Shown: positions 1 to 12,342 of the stretch, in pieces
Layout: every line of letters starts with the position of its first letter
How positions within the stretch are numbered: the stretch's first letter is position 1
Origin: Mobula birostris
Lineage: Eukaryota
Assembly (NCBI RefSeq): GCF_030028105.1
Contig: NC_092378.1
Location: 21,012,715-21,076,714 of the forward strand
DNA length: 64,000 nt
Direction of reading: 5' to 3'
Translations under genes and position numbers: made by a program
Notes under the pieces: model-generated
Told to the model about the DNA's origin: nothing
The model's input: the letters and a program-made list of their open reading frames with translations, nothing else
The model's database searches: none

Positions 1-400
1 AGAACTCCACACACCCCTCATACAAACTCTTCTCCCTCCTGCCATCTGGGAAAAGGCACCGAAGTATTCAGGCTCTCACGACCAGACTATGTAACAATTT
101 CTTCCCCCACGCCATCAGACTCCTCAATACCCAAAGTCTGGACTGACACCAACCTACTGCCCTCTACTGTTCATATTCTCTTGTTTATTATTTATTGTAA
201 TGCCTGCGCTGTTTTGTGCACTTTATGCAGTCCTGGGTAGGTCTGTAGTCTAGTGTAGTTTTCTGTTGTTTTACGTAGTTCAGTGTAGTTTTTGTATTGT
301 TCATGTAGCACCATGGTCCTGAAAAATGTGGGCTCATTTTTACTGTGTACTGTACCAGCAGTTATGGTTGAAACGACAATAAAAAGTGACTTGACTTGAA
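1..400 (+). mobile_element. Rex1/Babar-type LINE 3' end
   Basis: Translates as HPSYKLFSLLPSGKRHRSIQALTTRLCNNFFPHAIRLLN, followed by a 3' UTR, aataaa and a (gactt)n tail. Confidence 0.85.
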
Positions 401-610
401 CTATCACCTTCCAGCTTGTACTCCTTCCCCTCTCTCCAGCTCCTAATTCTGGCTTCTGTGCTCTTATTACCAGTCCTGGAGCAGGATTTCAGCCTGAAAT
501 ACCGATTGTTTATTCCCCTGCATTGATGTTGCCTTACTTGCTGAGTTCCTCTAGCATTTTGTGTGTGTGTGTGTTGCTCAAGATTTCCAGCATCTGCCGA
601 AACTTGTATC
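401..610 (+). mobile_element. Penelope-like terminal repeat fragment
   Basis: Matches the recurring ...ccagtcctg...gcctgaaa...tgctgagttcctc..gcattttgtgtgt...gatttccagcatctgc motif that follows the Penelope ORF at 4075-5825. Confidence 0.75.
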
Positions 611-981
611 TATAAAACTTTATTTCATGTACAAGATTTTCTGGTTTGACCTTATAATTGAATATTGTTTATTCTTTTAATGTTTTAGATATATTGGTAC
701 AGTTCATGAAAAGGCAAAAGCTAAAGCCTGCTGCTTATTTGTCCATGGAAATACTTTTAAGAGATGCCTGAATATGCCAATTTGTTTTAATCTTATACAA
801 GAAGACATGTAATTTAAAAAGACATTTAATAACATTGAAATTGATATCATTCAATATGGCAAGCTTTTCCTACTGTTAATATTTGTCTACTTTTATAATT
901 GAATGCTTCCAAGATGAATAGACAGATTTCAGTATGCAGAACATAAACCAGAGTCATATTGTACATCACATTTTTTCAAAA

Positions 982-1512
982 TTCAGAATCAGGTTTAATA
1001 TCACCAGCATATGTCATGAAATTTGTTAACTTTGTAGCAGCGGTACAATGCAATGCATGATAATAGAGAGAGAAAACTGTGAATTAAAGTAAGTGTTGCA
1101 AAAAAATAGGAAATAAAGAAGTAGTGAGGTTGTGTTCAGGGGTTCAATGTCCATTCAGAAATCTGATGTTAGAAGGGAAGAAGCTGTTCATGAATCATTG
1201 AGTATGTGCCTTCAGAATTCTATACCTCCTTCCTGATGGTAGCAATGAAAAGAGGGGACACCCGAGTGATGGGAGGCTTTAATGATGAACACTGCCTTTC
1301 TGAGATTCCACTCCCTGAAGATGTCCTGGATACAATGGAGGGAAGTGCCCACGACGAAGCTGGGTAATCTTACAGCTCTCTGCAGCTTACTTTAATCCAA
1401 TGCAGTAGTTTCACCCCTCATATCAGACAACGATGCAGAGAGTTCGAATGCCATCCATGGTACATCTGTAGAAATTTGTGGGTGTTTTTGGTGACATACG
1501 AAATCTCCTCAA
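982..1512 (-). mobile_element. Rex1/Babar-type LINE 3' fragment
   Basis: Reverse strand reads RRFRMSPKTPTNFYRCTM, with a (ctgatt)-type tail at the left end. Confidence 0.8.
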
Positions 1513-3189
1513 ATTATTGATATCTGGGCATTGATAACAAAACTCATACTAAATTTCTATATCAGCTACTTTTGAGAAAGTGGTGGAGAATAGTTATCTT
1601 GCTGTTTCTGTTGTGGTTTGAATGGTAAGCAGATTTTCTGAATGCTCTCACCAGGAAGTTCTAAGCAGCTGCAGTAGAAATGATGAAAGAATGGTGATAT
1701 TTTATCCAAGTTAAAATGCAGGGTGACTTGGAAGGGAACTGGGAGGTAGGAACTACCATCTCTGACACCATCAATGCTGACTGCTTATACAGTCTTGTAG
1801 AAATACTAAGATCAATCCCGAGGTAGTATTCTTCTAAGTTGAAGATTATATATTCATACCATTTCAATTCCTCCTTGCCCAGTTTCTTATTCATAGGCTA
1901 TGTGCTTGTTCTTCAATAATTCCACTGTTCCTCACAAATTTCTGTTACTTTGTGATTTGTAGCATCATTTAATCTTCATGATTTTACAAAGTATCTACAA
2001 ACTACCTCATACAAAATCATATCACAAATGTCTAATTTTAGTGAATCAGAATTGTTACCTGAGGTTCGCTGTTTGCTGCTGTTGCTTCCATTGACACTTT
2101 AAAACTGGCTGAACATCTGCTCTGCTATTCATAAGGCTTTCCAAAAAACATTGCCTAAGTGTCTTGTGAAATTTGCAGATGCAGTCAAAAAATATAGATT
2201 AAATTATTTAAAAGACTAATCTTGCGTTACCTGAGGTAATTTTTCAACTGAATGCTTTAAAATGGCATTTTCATGATGATACTATGGACAATTTAACTAC
2301 AAAAAAATTACTGTCTGCATATGAGGTAATTATTTTCAGCATTTTAGCCAATAGCTTTGTTTTCAATTTCCTAATTTCCTAGGGTGTTTATTTTAAAAGG
2401 AGTGAAAAAAGGAAATATCATATGAAATACTTGATTTTTTTCCCCAAAGAAAGCTTGTGTTTATAAGCAAAATTGATACATTCTACTCATTGGTTATACA
2501 TGAAAGAAACCTAAATGACAGGCAATTGAACATCGTAGGCATCTATCCAATTGTAAATGGTAATAATCATATCAAACAGCCAGAAACACTGCAACTTTTG
2601 ACATGCAATTTATCACTGGAAGCAAAACAGGGATTGCTTTAACCTGCATCGTGGTGGAACAGAGATGGTTCCTGATGGATACAGGAATATTTTGTAACAT
2701 GGTGGAAGCAATACAAGATGTAAAATAGCGATTAGAAGTGAAGAACTAGTGGATATTGTGCTGTTTTCTTCAATGAAACAAGGCTTTCTATTTATAAAAG
2801 TTTCTTCTGAACCATATCAATTGCCATCAACCACAGGAAGCAAGTAGCAATGCATTGAAAATTTGACAAATGCAACAGAATATCCATATGCGGGTTAATG
2901 ACCTAAATTGAATGAAGCTAAAAGGAAATGGAATGTCATGGAAAGATGTCCAGATGCAGAAATATGTTACAGAATGCAAACATTTTAACTTGGTAAGTGA
3001 CTCATTTATTTAGCCTCTCATTCATTTTGCAACTTTCTGAAATATTTTGTGGCCATTGGAATCTTTCTCTACCGCTACAGTGTTGCAAAACCTACTTTTA
3101 TGCAATGCAATCTCCCCCAAACAACTGCATGTTACTGGTCACATCACCTCTTTTTACTTATGTTGATTGTGAGATGGCTTAATTAACTC

Positions 3190-3475
3190 ATTCATTTTAT
3201 TTTATTTGCAACAGAGCGCAGAGAATGTCCTTCCAACCCTTTAAGCTGCACCACCCCAGCAACCCCGACTTAACCCAAGCTTAATCTTGGGATAACTTAC
3301 AATGACTATCTGACCTATCCGGTATGTCTTTGGACTGTGGGAGGAAACCAGAGCACCCGGTGAAAACCCATGTACTCTATGGGGAGGATGTACAGAGACT
3401 CCTTCGAGACAACGCTGGAATGGAGCTCCAAGTTGTAACAGTGCCATGCTAGCCGCTACACTACCATTGTGCCAA
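3190..3475 (-). mobile_element. V-SINE/HE1-like SINE
   Basis: Core tgtgggaggaaaccagagcacccgg..aaacccat. Related copies at about 12900-13195 (-), 20290-20590 (+), 27810-28110 (+), 39965-40330 (+) and 54035-55010 (+, split). Confidence 0.7.
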
Positions 3476-4074
3476 GGGTCAGAATGACAGGGGTTCCGAT
3501 GTAGCCACAACTGACATTTAGATACATACGTGCGTCAGGCCCTGAAATATTGCTATCTACTTCACAAGTTAAAAAATAGGTAATTTATAGGCTGAACTAT
3601 CAGGAAAGAAAGAAGCATTTACTTTTATGTGGTTCACAGCAGTACAAATATTTCATAATGTTAAACTGCTGCCAATTATTACCAAGTCAGTGATTCATAC
3701 AAATAAAATTTTGCTCCCTTGTCTTCCAGTTGCTTTAGAACAGTGGCTCTAACTATACAGGCCCTGCTATTATTAGTGCATTCTTGGGACAGAGACTTTT
3801 TAATTCAACTGATGGCTTAGCGTCATCCATTCTATCCCATATATTTCTTTGAATAAACGTACATAGATACTGTGCAAATGTCGTGAATGGTTTCTATTAC
3901 CCTTCTCCTCCCACTTTAGAAAAGGAATGGTGAAGGCAACAAGGTGTGTAAAGTTCATGAATTTGCACATAAAATATACATGAATATGCATACTAAATAG
4001 TTTGCCTTATTGATAAATTTTAAACTGTACTGTGTGCCATCTTCAAACACACTGCTGTTACTTTGCTCAGTTAC

Positions 4075-5825
4075 TCCAAAAGCAGCTCTCAATCTCACAA
4101 CCTCCACCAACAAGGGCACCACCATCAATGGATTCCCGTCTGTCACACTTTATCCTGACTCAATAGTTTTCAATATCCTGGTCCTGATCACCACATTTTC
4201 TCCATGGATATTCAGTCCTGGATACACTTCTATCCCCCATCAAGAGGGCCTTAAAGATCTCCACTTCTTTCTCGACAACTGATATGACCAGTTCTGCTCC
4301 ACCACCACCCTCCTCCACCCTGCAGAACTGGGCCTCACATGCATTAATTTTTCTTTCAGCCCCAAACCCAAGGTGCAGCCATGGGCACCTGTATGGGTCC
4401 CAGCCGTGCCTGCCTTTTCACTGGCTCTATGGAACACTCCATCCTCCAAGCCTTCCCTGTTAATACTCCCCAACTCTTTCTGCACTACATTGGCGGTTGC
4501 ATTGGTGCTGCTTCACGCACCCATGCTGAGCATGTCAATTTCATCAACTTTGCTTCCATCTTTGACCCTGCCCTTATATTCACAGTCCAATTCTGAAACC
4601 TCTCTCATCTTTCTCAATGCCTCTGTCTCCATTTCAGGAGGCACATAGTCAACTGATATCTTTTATAAATCTACTAACTCCCACAGCTATCTTGACTATA
4701 CGTTTTCCCACACTATCATTCTCTTTCTTAGTTCCTTTGGTTCTGCCGCATTTGTTCCCAGGACGAAGCTTTCCTTTTACCTCTTCAAAGAACAGAGTTT
4801 TCCTTCCTCCACCATAGATGCTGCCCTTACCAGCATCTCATCCATTTCCTGAACATCTGCCCTCGCCCCATCTTCCCGATGCCTTAATAAGGATGGACTT
4901 CTTCTTGTCCTCACCTATCACTCAATGAGTCTCCGCATCCAGCACATTATTCTCTGCCATCTGCAATGTGACCTTATCACAAGTACATCCTTGCCTCCCA
5001 CTCTCCACTTTCCACAGGGAGTGTTCCCTTGTCCATTTGTCCGTCCCCAATAATCTCCATTCTGGCACTTAGCTCTCCAAAGGAAAAAAGTGCCACACCT
5101 GCCCATTCACCTCCTCCATCACTTCCATTCAGGGCTGCAAACAGTCCTTCCAGGTAAGGCAGCACTTCACCTATGAATCTGCTGGGGTTGTCTACTATAT
5201 CCAATGCTCATAATAAGGCCATCTCTACATTGGTGAGACCCGCCATTGACTGGCTGATGCTTTATCGAGCACCTTCGCTCTATCTGTAACAAACAGATGC
5301 TGCTCTCCGGTTGGAGGAAAAAACACCTCATATTCCTTCAGGGTGGCCTCCAACCTGATTACATAAACATTGATTTCTCCAAATTCCCAGCAATAATTCC
5401 CAGCCACTCTTTCCCTCTTCAATTCACCACTCTGCCCTTCCCCTTTTCCTATTCTCTTCTCCTCACCTGTCTATCACATCCCCTAGTGCCCTTCCTCCTT
5501 CCCTTTCTCCCATAGTCCACTCTCATCTCTTATAATATTTCTCCTTCTCCAACATTTTTCCTTTTCTTCCTATTACCTCCTAGCTTCTTACTTCATTCCC
5601 CAGCCACCTGGCTTCACCAATCACCTTCTAGCTTGTATTCCTTCCCTCCCCACCACCTTCTTAGTAAGGCTCTTTCCCTTTTCCTTTCCAGTCCTGAAGA
5701 AGGGTCTCAGCCTGAAATGTTGATCGTTTATTCATTTCCTTTCATCCTACTTGACCTGCCAAGTTCCACTAGCATTTTTTGTGTGTTGCTGTAGAATTCC
5801 AGCATCTGCAGAATCTCTTATGTTT
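4075..5825 (+). mobile_element. Degenerate Penelope-like retroelement (RT, GIY-YIG endonuclease and terminal repeat)
   Basis: RT motifs SIPHQEGLKDL and AMGTCMGPSRACLF. GIY-YIG-like FQVRQHFTYESAGVVYYIQCS**GHLYIGETRH at about 5148-5250. A pyrimidine-rich terminal repeat follows. Confidence 0.85.
5694..5730 (+). ncRNA. Minimal hammerhead ribozyme-like motif in the Penelope terminal repeat
   Basis: CTGAAGA-AGG(gtctcag)CCT-GAAA-tgttgatc-GTTTA: CUGANGA box, 3-bp stem II, GAAA box and a candidate NUH site. Activity not shown. Confidence 0.55.
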
Positions 5826-6514
5826 TGGAATTAAGCTGCTGCTTCTTCCTTATATTAGAGCCTACTGGAACTTCCCATTCACAGAACTATGCAAATCCCT
5901 TCACTAAAAAGGCTGACTATAAGTATCTCAAAGGCGATTACTGATGAACATAAATGCTGGCTTCATCAACAATGCCCGTAAAAGAAACTGAATTTGAAAA
6001 AACCCAAAACTAGTTCAATCTTTGAATTTCAAAACTGTAAGATCCTGATCAATATGCTCATACTATATAAAATACTTCTTCTATATGATACTGAGGAGCT
6101 TGCATTAACTTCCCCGACAGAGAACAAACACAATTTGCAAAGAGCACACAGCTCTAGCGATGAATCCAAGTTTCTTCACCAACAGAGTAGAAAAATAGTA
6201 AGTGCACATAATTAATAGTGACCTTCATATTCCAATGGAATCTAAAATCCAGGAAATAAAAAACAGAACCTGTAACTTGCTTAATACATTTATTCATTCT
6301 ACTTATTGATAAACTTTCAGATGGTTTAACAAGGTCATCAGCTTGAAACATTAATTCTGTTTCTCTCTAATGATTCCTCATCTGCTGCATATTTTCAGCA
6401 TTTTCTATTTTTATTTCAGATTTACAGCATCTCCAGTATATTTCTCCCAGAATCCAATGTTCTACCTTCACTAGGTACAACTATCCATCATGATATTTAG
6501 ATCACAAGCAAGAC

Positions 6515-6785
6515 AAAACCTGCAGATGCTGGAAATCTGAGCAATACACACAAAATGCTGGAGAAACTCAGCAGGACAGGCAGCATCTATGGAAAAGAGT
6601 ACAGTTGACGTTTTCGGCCAACACCTTTCGGCAGCACTGGAGTAAAAAATAGCTGAGGAGTAGGTTTAAAAAGTGGGGAGAGGGGATAAAGCAACACAAG
6701 GTGAAACCTGAAGGGGGAGGGATGGAGTAAGGAGCTGGAAAGCTGATTTGTGAACGAGATACAGGGCTGGAGAAGAGAATCTAAG
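6515..6785 (-). mobile_element. Penelope-like terminal repeat
   Basis: Reverse complement of the same motif (tgcagatgctggaaatc...caaaatgctggag.aactcagcagg...gttgacgttttcgg). Confidence 0.8.
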
Positions 6786-6789
6786 GGAC

Positions 6790-8800
6790 TGAATATATGA
6801 ATATTTGACTAGACAGGGACTAATTAGTGATAGTCAGCATTGTTTTGTGTGTGTTAGGTCATGTCTAACCAATCTTCTAGAGTTTTTTGAGGAAGTCAAT
6901 TGGAATGATGATGAAGGCAAGGCAGTGGATGTTGTCTACATGGACTTCAGCAAGGCATTTGACAAGGAGGTTGGTCAAGAAGGTTCAGTCTCTTGGCATT
7001 CCAGATGAGGTAGTAATTGGATTAATATTGGCTTCATGGAAGAAGCCAGAGAGTAGTACTAGATGGGAGGCTTGTGGACTAGTGGAGTGTCGCAGGCTGA
7101 GTCTGTTGTTGTTTGTAATCTATATCACCAGTTCGGATGATAACGTGGTTAACTGGATCAGCAAATTTGAGAATTACACCAAGATTGGAGGCTGTAGTAG
7201 ACAGTGAAGAAATCTATCTAAGCTTGCACCGGAATGTGGACCAGATGGAAAAATGGGCTGAACAATGGCAGATGAAATTTAATGCAGGCAAGTGTGAAGT
7301 GTTGCACTTTGGGAGAACTAAGCAGAATGGGTCTTACACAGTGTGTGGTAGTGCTCTGAGGAATGTGTAGAACAAAGGGATCTGGGAATTCAGCTTCATC
7401 ATTCATTGAAAGTGGTATCACATGTAGATAAGGTTGTAAAGAAATATTTTGGTACATTGGCCTTCATAGATCAAAGTATTGGGTACAGGAGTTGGGATGT
7501 TATGCTGAAGTTGTGTAAGATGTTAGGTGAGGCCTAATTTGGTGTATTGTGTGCAGTTTTGGTAACCTACCTACGGTAGGAAACTTTGTCGCATGGTGTG
7601 AGCAGAATTATCTGCAGCTTAATGTGAAAAAGACTAAGGAGCTGGTGGTAGACCTGAGGAGAGCTAAGGTACCGGTGACCCCTGTTTCCATCCAGGGGGT
7701 CAGTGTGGACATGGTGGAGGATTACAAGTACCTGGGAATACAAATTGGCAATAAACTAGACTGGTCAAAGAACACTGAGGCTGTCTACAAGAAGGGTCAG
7801 AGCAGTCTCTATTTCTTGAGGGGACTGAGGTCCTTTAACATCTGCCGGATGATGCTGAGGATGTTCTATGAGTCTGGGGTGGCCAGTGCTATCATGTTTG
7901 CTGTTGTGTGCTGGGGCAGCAGGCTGAGGGTAGCAGACACCAACAGAATCAACAAACTCATTTGTAAGGCCAGTGATGTTGTGGGGATGGAACTGGACTC
8001 TCTGACGGTGGTGTCTGAAAAGAGGATGCTGTTTAAGTTGCATGCCATCTTGGTCAATGTCTCCCATCCACTACATAATGTACTGGGTGGGCACAGGAGT
8101 ACATTCAGCCAGAGACTCATTCCTCTGAGATGCAGCACAGAGTGTCATAGGAAGTCATTCCTGCCTGTGGCCATCAAGCTTTACAACTCCTCCCTTGGAG
8201 GGTCAGACACCCTGAGCCAATAGGCTGGTCCTGGACTTATTTCATAATTTACTGGCATAATTTACATATTACTATTTAACTCTTTATGGTTCTATTACTA
8301 TTTATTATTTATGGTGCAACTGTACCGAAAACCAATTTCCCCTGGGATCAATAAAGTATGACTATGACTATGATGAAAAATGTAAATATGATTGAAAGAG
8401 TAAGGAGAAAATTTACAAGCATGTTGCGAGGTCTGGAGGATTTATAAGGAAAGATTAAATAGGTTAGAAATTTATTCTCTAGAACATAGGAGAATGAGGG
8501 GAGATTTGATTGAGGTATACAAAATTACGAGGGTTTAGATAGGGTAAATGCAAACAGGCTTTTTCCACTGAGTTTGGATGGGACTACAACTAGAGGTCAG
8601 GGGTGAAGTGTGAAAGGTCAAATGTTTACGTGGAATATGAGGGGAAGTTTCTTCACCCAGAGGCTACTGAGAGTGAGGAATGAGCTGCCAGTGCAAGTGG
8701 GAGATGTGATTTTAATTTCAACATTTAAGAGAAGTTTGGATAGGTATGTGGATGGGTGGGGTATGGAAGCAATGATCTAGGTGCAGGCTAATGGGAAGAT
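6790..8800 (+). mobile_element. Degenerate CR1 LINE (RT to 3' end), interrupted by a Rex1-type insert
   Basis: RSCLTNLLEFFEEV...VDVVYMDFSKAFDK and WQMKFNAGKCEVLHFGR motifs. The sequence resumes after 8373. Confidence 0.9.
7575..8373 (+). mobile_element. Young 5'-truncated Rex1/Babar-type LINE with intact C-terminal ORF
   Basis: About 215 stop-free codons: WCEQNYLQLNVKKTKELVVDLRR...YKYLG...HPLH...RKSFLPVAIKLYN. Ends in aataaa and a (tatgac)n tail. Confidence 0.92.
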
Positions 8801-10945
8801 CATAGACCATAAGACATAGCAGCAGAATTAGGCCATTCAGCCCATTGAGCTTGCTCCGCCATTCCATCATGGCTGTTCTCAAATCTCACTCAACCCCATA
8901 CACTTGCCTTCTCCCAATATCCTTTGATGCTCTGACCAGTCAGGAAACTATCAACTTCTGCTTGAAATATACCCATGGACTCGGCCTCCACCGCAGTCTG
9001 TGGCAGGACATTCCACAGATTCACTACTCTCTCACCTGACTAGTGTCTTATAAAGGGTTAAGCATTATCACCTTGTTTTTATATTCTATTCCCCTTGAAA
9101 TAAATGCCAACATTGCATTTGCCTTCTTCACCACAGACTCAACCTGTAAATTAGTCTTCTGGGAGTCTTGCACGAGGACTGCTAAGTCCCTCTGTAGCCC
9201 TGATGATTGAATTTTCTCCCCATTTAGATAATAGTCTGCACTTTTGTTCCTTTACCAAAATGCATTATCATACATTTCACAACACTGTATTCCATCTGCC
9301 ACTTTTTTGTCCATTCTTCCAATTTGTTTAAATCCTGCTGCATTTGCAATTCTTCCTCAGCACTACCTAGTCCTCTAGCTATCTTTGTATCATCTGCAAA
9401 CTTTGCCACAAAGCCATCAATTCCATTATCTAAACCATTGACAAACAATGTGAAAATGTGGCGTGTCGAATACTGGGTGAACAAGTAGTCCTTAGGGTAC
9501 TGAAAGTCTGTGTCTTTGATGTTGCTTTCCTCATTCTTGAGTGCTCGGTGGCGGGTGTCGATGCTTTTTTATTTGCCGATGGGGGGAGGGGGGATCATTG
9601 CTTACTGCTGCTTTCGCGCGGGAGGGGGACTTTGGTGTTCTAACATTTAACTGTCATTCATTCTTTGGGGGCACTCCTCTGGTTTTGTGGACGCTTGTGA
9701 AGAAAAAGCATTTCAGAATGCATATTGTATACATTTCTCTGACATTAAATGTACCTTTGATACCTTTGTAAAGCAGCGGTCTCAATACTGACCCCTGAAG
9801 AACACCACTAGTCACTGGCAGCCAACCAGAAAAGGCCCCTTCTGTTCCCACTGGCTACCTCCTGCCTGTCAGCCATTCTGCTATCCACGCCAGTATCTTT
9901 CCTGTAAAACCATAGGATTTTATCTTGTTAAGCAGCCTCTTGTGTGGCACTTTATCAAATGCCTTTTGAAAATCCAAGTAAATGACATCCACTGCATCTC
10001 TTTTGTCCACCCTGCTTGTTACTTCCTTGAAGAACTCTATGAGGTTACCTAACCTCATCCTTAATAATAGACTCCGATACTTTCCCAACCACCGAGGTTA
10101 GGTAACTGGCCTATAATTTCCTTTCTTTTGACTTCCACCCTTCTTGGAGTGTGTGGAGTGACATTTGCAATTTTCCAGTCCTCCGGGACCATGCCAGAAT
10201 CAAGTGATTCTTGAAAGATCATAACCAATGCATTCGATATCTCTTCAGCAACCTCTCTCAGGACTCTGGGAAGTAGTCCATCTGGTCCAGGTAACTTATC
10301 CACCTTAAGACCTTGGAGTTTGCCAAGCACTTTTTCCTCTATAATAGCAATTACACTCACTCCTGCTCCCCGACACTCATGGACCTCAGGCACAGTGAAG
10401 ACCGATGCAAGGTACTCATTAAGTTCATCTGCCATTTATTTGTCCCCCATTACAACCTCACCAACATCATTTTCCAGTGGTCCAATATCAACTTTCCCCT
10501 CTCTTTTACTCTTTATGTAACTGAAAATGCTTTTAGTATCCTGCTTTATATTATACGCTAGTTTACCCTCATATTTCATCTTTTCCCTTCGAGCTGTTTA
10601 GTTGCCTCTTGTTGGATTTTAAAAGCCTCCCAATCATCCAACTTCCCACTCATTTTTGCAACCTTATGTGTCCTTTGCTTGGCTCTAATGCAGTCCTTAA
10701 CTTCCTCTGTCAACCATGGTTGCCTAACCCTGCCATGTGAGAATTTCTTCTTCTGTGGGACATATCTATCCTGCACCATGTGAACCTATTCCCAGAAACT
10801 TCAGCTATCTCTGCTCTGCAGTGTCCTCCTTCAATCCACCTGTGCAAACTCCTCTCTCATGCCTCTGTAATCCCCTTCATTCCAATGCAATACTGATACA
10901 TGTGACCTATGCTTCTGCCTCTCAAATTTGATCATTTGATGATCT
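8800..10945 (-). mobile_element. CR1 LINE fragment with an internal deletion and an insertion
   Basis: ORF pieces MADELNEYLASVFT, PGPDGLLPRVLRE, YLDFQKAFDKVPH, SGVLQGSVL and KFADDTK. 3' tail at about 8800. Confidence 0.92.
9458..9768 (+). mobile_element. Short retroposed insert with a Rex1-like 3' tail inside CR1
   Basis: Interrupts the CR1 between QGSVL and FADD. Ends ctgacattaaatgtacctttgatacctttg. Confidence 0.7.
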
Positions 10946-11652
10946 GACCTGGTACGCAGAGGTCTTTCCCATTGAGCTGCTGTCCGGACCACACTGCAGC
11001 TCCAGGCTTGAATGATTTCACCCTCGACCAAGATCTGTGTAGCTATCTTTGTGCTCTAACCACCTGCTGTCTCAGATGTTGGACGCTGTGGCAGCACTGC
11101 ATCCAACACTGTACACAGTTTCCTTCCTAAAAGTGCTTCAGCTGGAGACTTCCCCTCGGGGTCTGGATGTAGTGTAATCTAATATGTCAGCAGAAATGTG
11201 TTGAGAGCCTCAGCCGAAACTCCTTCCCCTCTTGATTTCAGAAGTAACCACTTGACTGCTTGGCTGTTAGATCATAGATGATACAGGGGTGAGTAGATGT
11301 GGATAATTCTACTGTTCTGGCTGAACGCAGCAGACTGCTGTGCAGAGGATTAGGTGTTGGCAGAAGCAAGTGTTTCTAGTATCCCAAAGTGCCTGTTGTA
11401 TGGCAGCCTCTGTCATTGTTGCTTTCATAGGTAACACTTCTACTCATTTGGAATAGTCATCAACCAGGACAAGATAGGCACACCTATTCAATGGGCCAGC
11501 GAGGTCATTATGTACTGTGCTCGACTCCAACGTCTGATAGCCTAAGACCATGGTTGTGGGTTGGTTGTACTTGGATTGTTTGCTTGTATATGAATGTGAT
11601 ATCTTTGTCTTTACTTGGCCAGTACATAAATCTTCTTGACTGATTAGCATGT
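10945..11652 (-). mobile_element. Gypsy/Ty3 LTR-retrotransposon integrase remnant
   Basis: Reverse strand reads RRFMYWPSKDKDI, DLAGPLNRCAYLVLVDDYSK (integrase core D motif) and ALNTFLLTY*ITLHPDPEGKSPAEALLGRKLCTVLD. Confidence 0.8.
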
Positions 11653-12342
11653 AAGGAGGAGGAGGAGAAGATGGCAGCGCGACGCAGCTTGCGCGGCCAC
11701 TCCGGTGAACGATATCTGTAATCTGTCAAGTATGGTGCCGTGCACAATCCTGATTTGATGGAGACAGATGTGAGAGAATGGAGGAACATCTGGAGAAACT
11801 TCTGAAATGCCTTTTTCGCTGCTGCTGTTACTGTGTGATCCAGAATTTCCGGAGGGGAAGGCCCCGAGTCCTCGGCTTTGCTTGTTGTTCGGCGGCCGGG
11901 ACGGAGTCAAAGCGCTTGGCAGAGATGGTGCTCGGTGCTCGGTGCTTGGTGTCGAAGGGCTGGTCGGAATCTTGAAGTTTTTGGACCGACTCAGAGTCGG
12001 CTGTGGTCAGGAGTTTCCAATGCATCGACAGTTGTCGGTGCCTGGAGGTTTATGGCAGAGAGAGTTTCTCCCTCTTGCCACCTGCTATCGGGGACTATCG
12101 GGAGTCGATCAGAACTTTGAGACTTTTTTTTAACCGTTCCCATGGTCTGCTCTTTATCAAATTATGGTATTGTTTTGCACTGCTGTAACTATATGTTATA
12201 ATTATGTGGTCTTGTCAGTGTTAGTCTTTGGTTTGTCCTGTGATATCACTCTGGAGGAACATTGTATCATTTCTTAATGCATGCATGCATTTCTAAATGA
12301 CAATAAACGAGGACTGAGTGTTCTCATAATCTAATCTAATCT
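11653..12342 (+). mobile_element. Young CpG-rich non-autonomous retroelement (about 690 bp)
   Basis: Starts (gga)n-gaagatggcagcgcg, retains many CpGs, and ends aataaa...(aatct)3. No recognisable protein. Confidence 0.75.

Larger units (their letters stand above)
1976..6241 (-). pseudogene. 3' group of candidate pseudo-exons (6064-6241, 3701-3913, 2644-2787, 2059-2154, 1976-1994)
   Basis: AG/GT-bounded islands. 3701-3913 contains KPFTTFAQYLCTFIQRNIWDRMDDAKPSVELKSLCPKNALIIAGPV. 2644-2787 and 2059-2154 are stop-free and join in phase 2. A possible end ...TANLR/YFVKS* needs a short 64-nt intron. Confidence 0.5.

Noticed and set aside
7549-8223. 224-aa ORF as a host gene
   Set aside because: It is the C-terminus of a Rex1-type RT protein, with a chance start in the flanking CR1.
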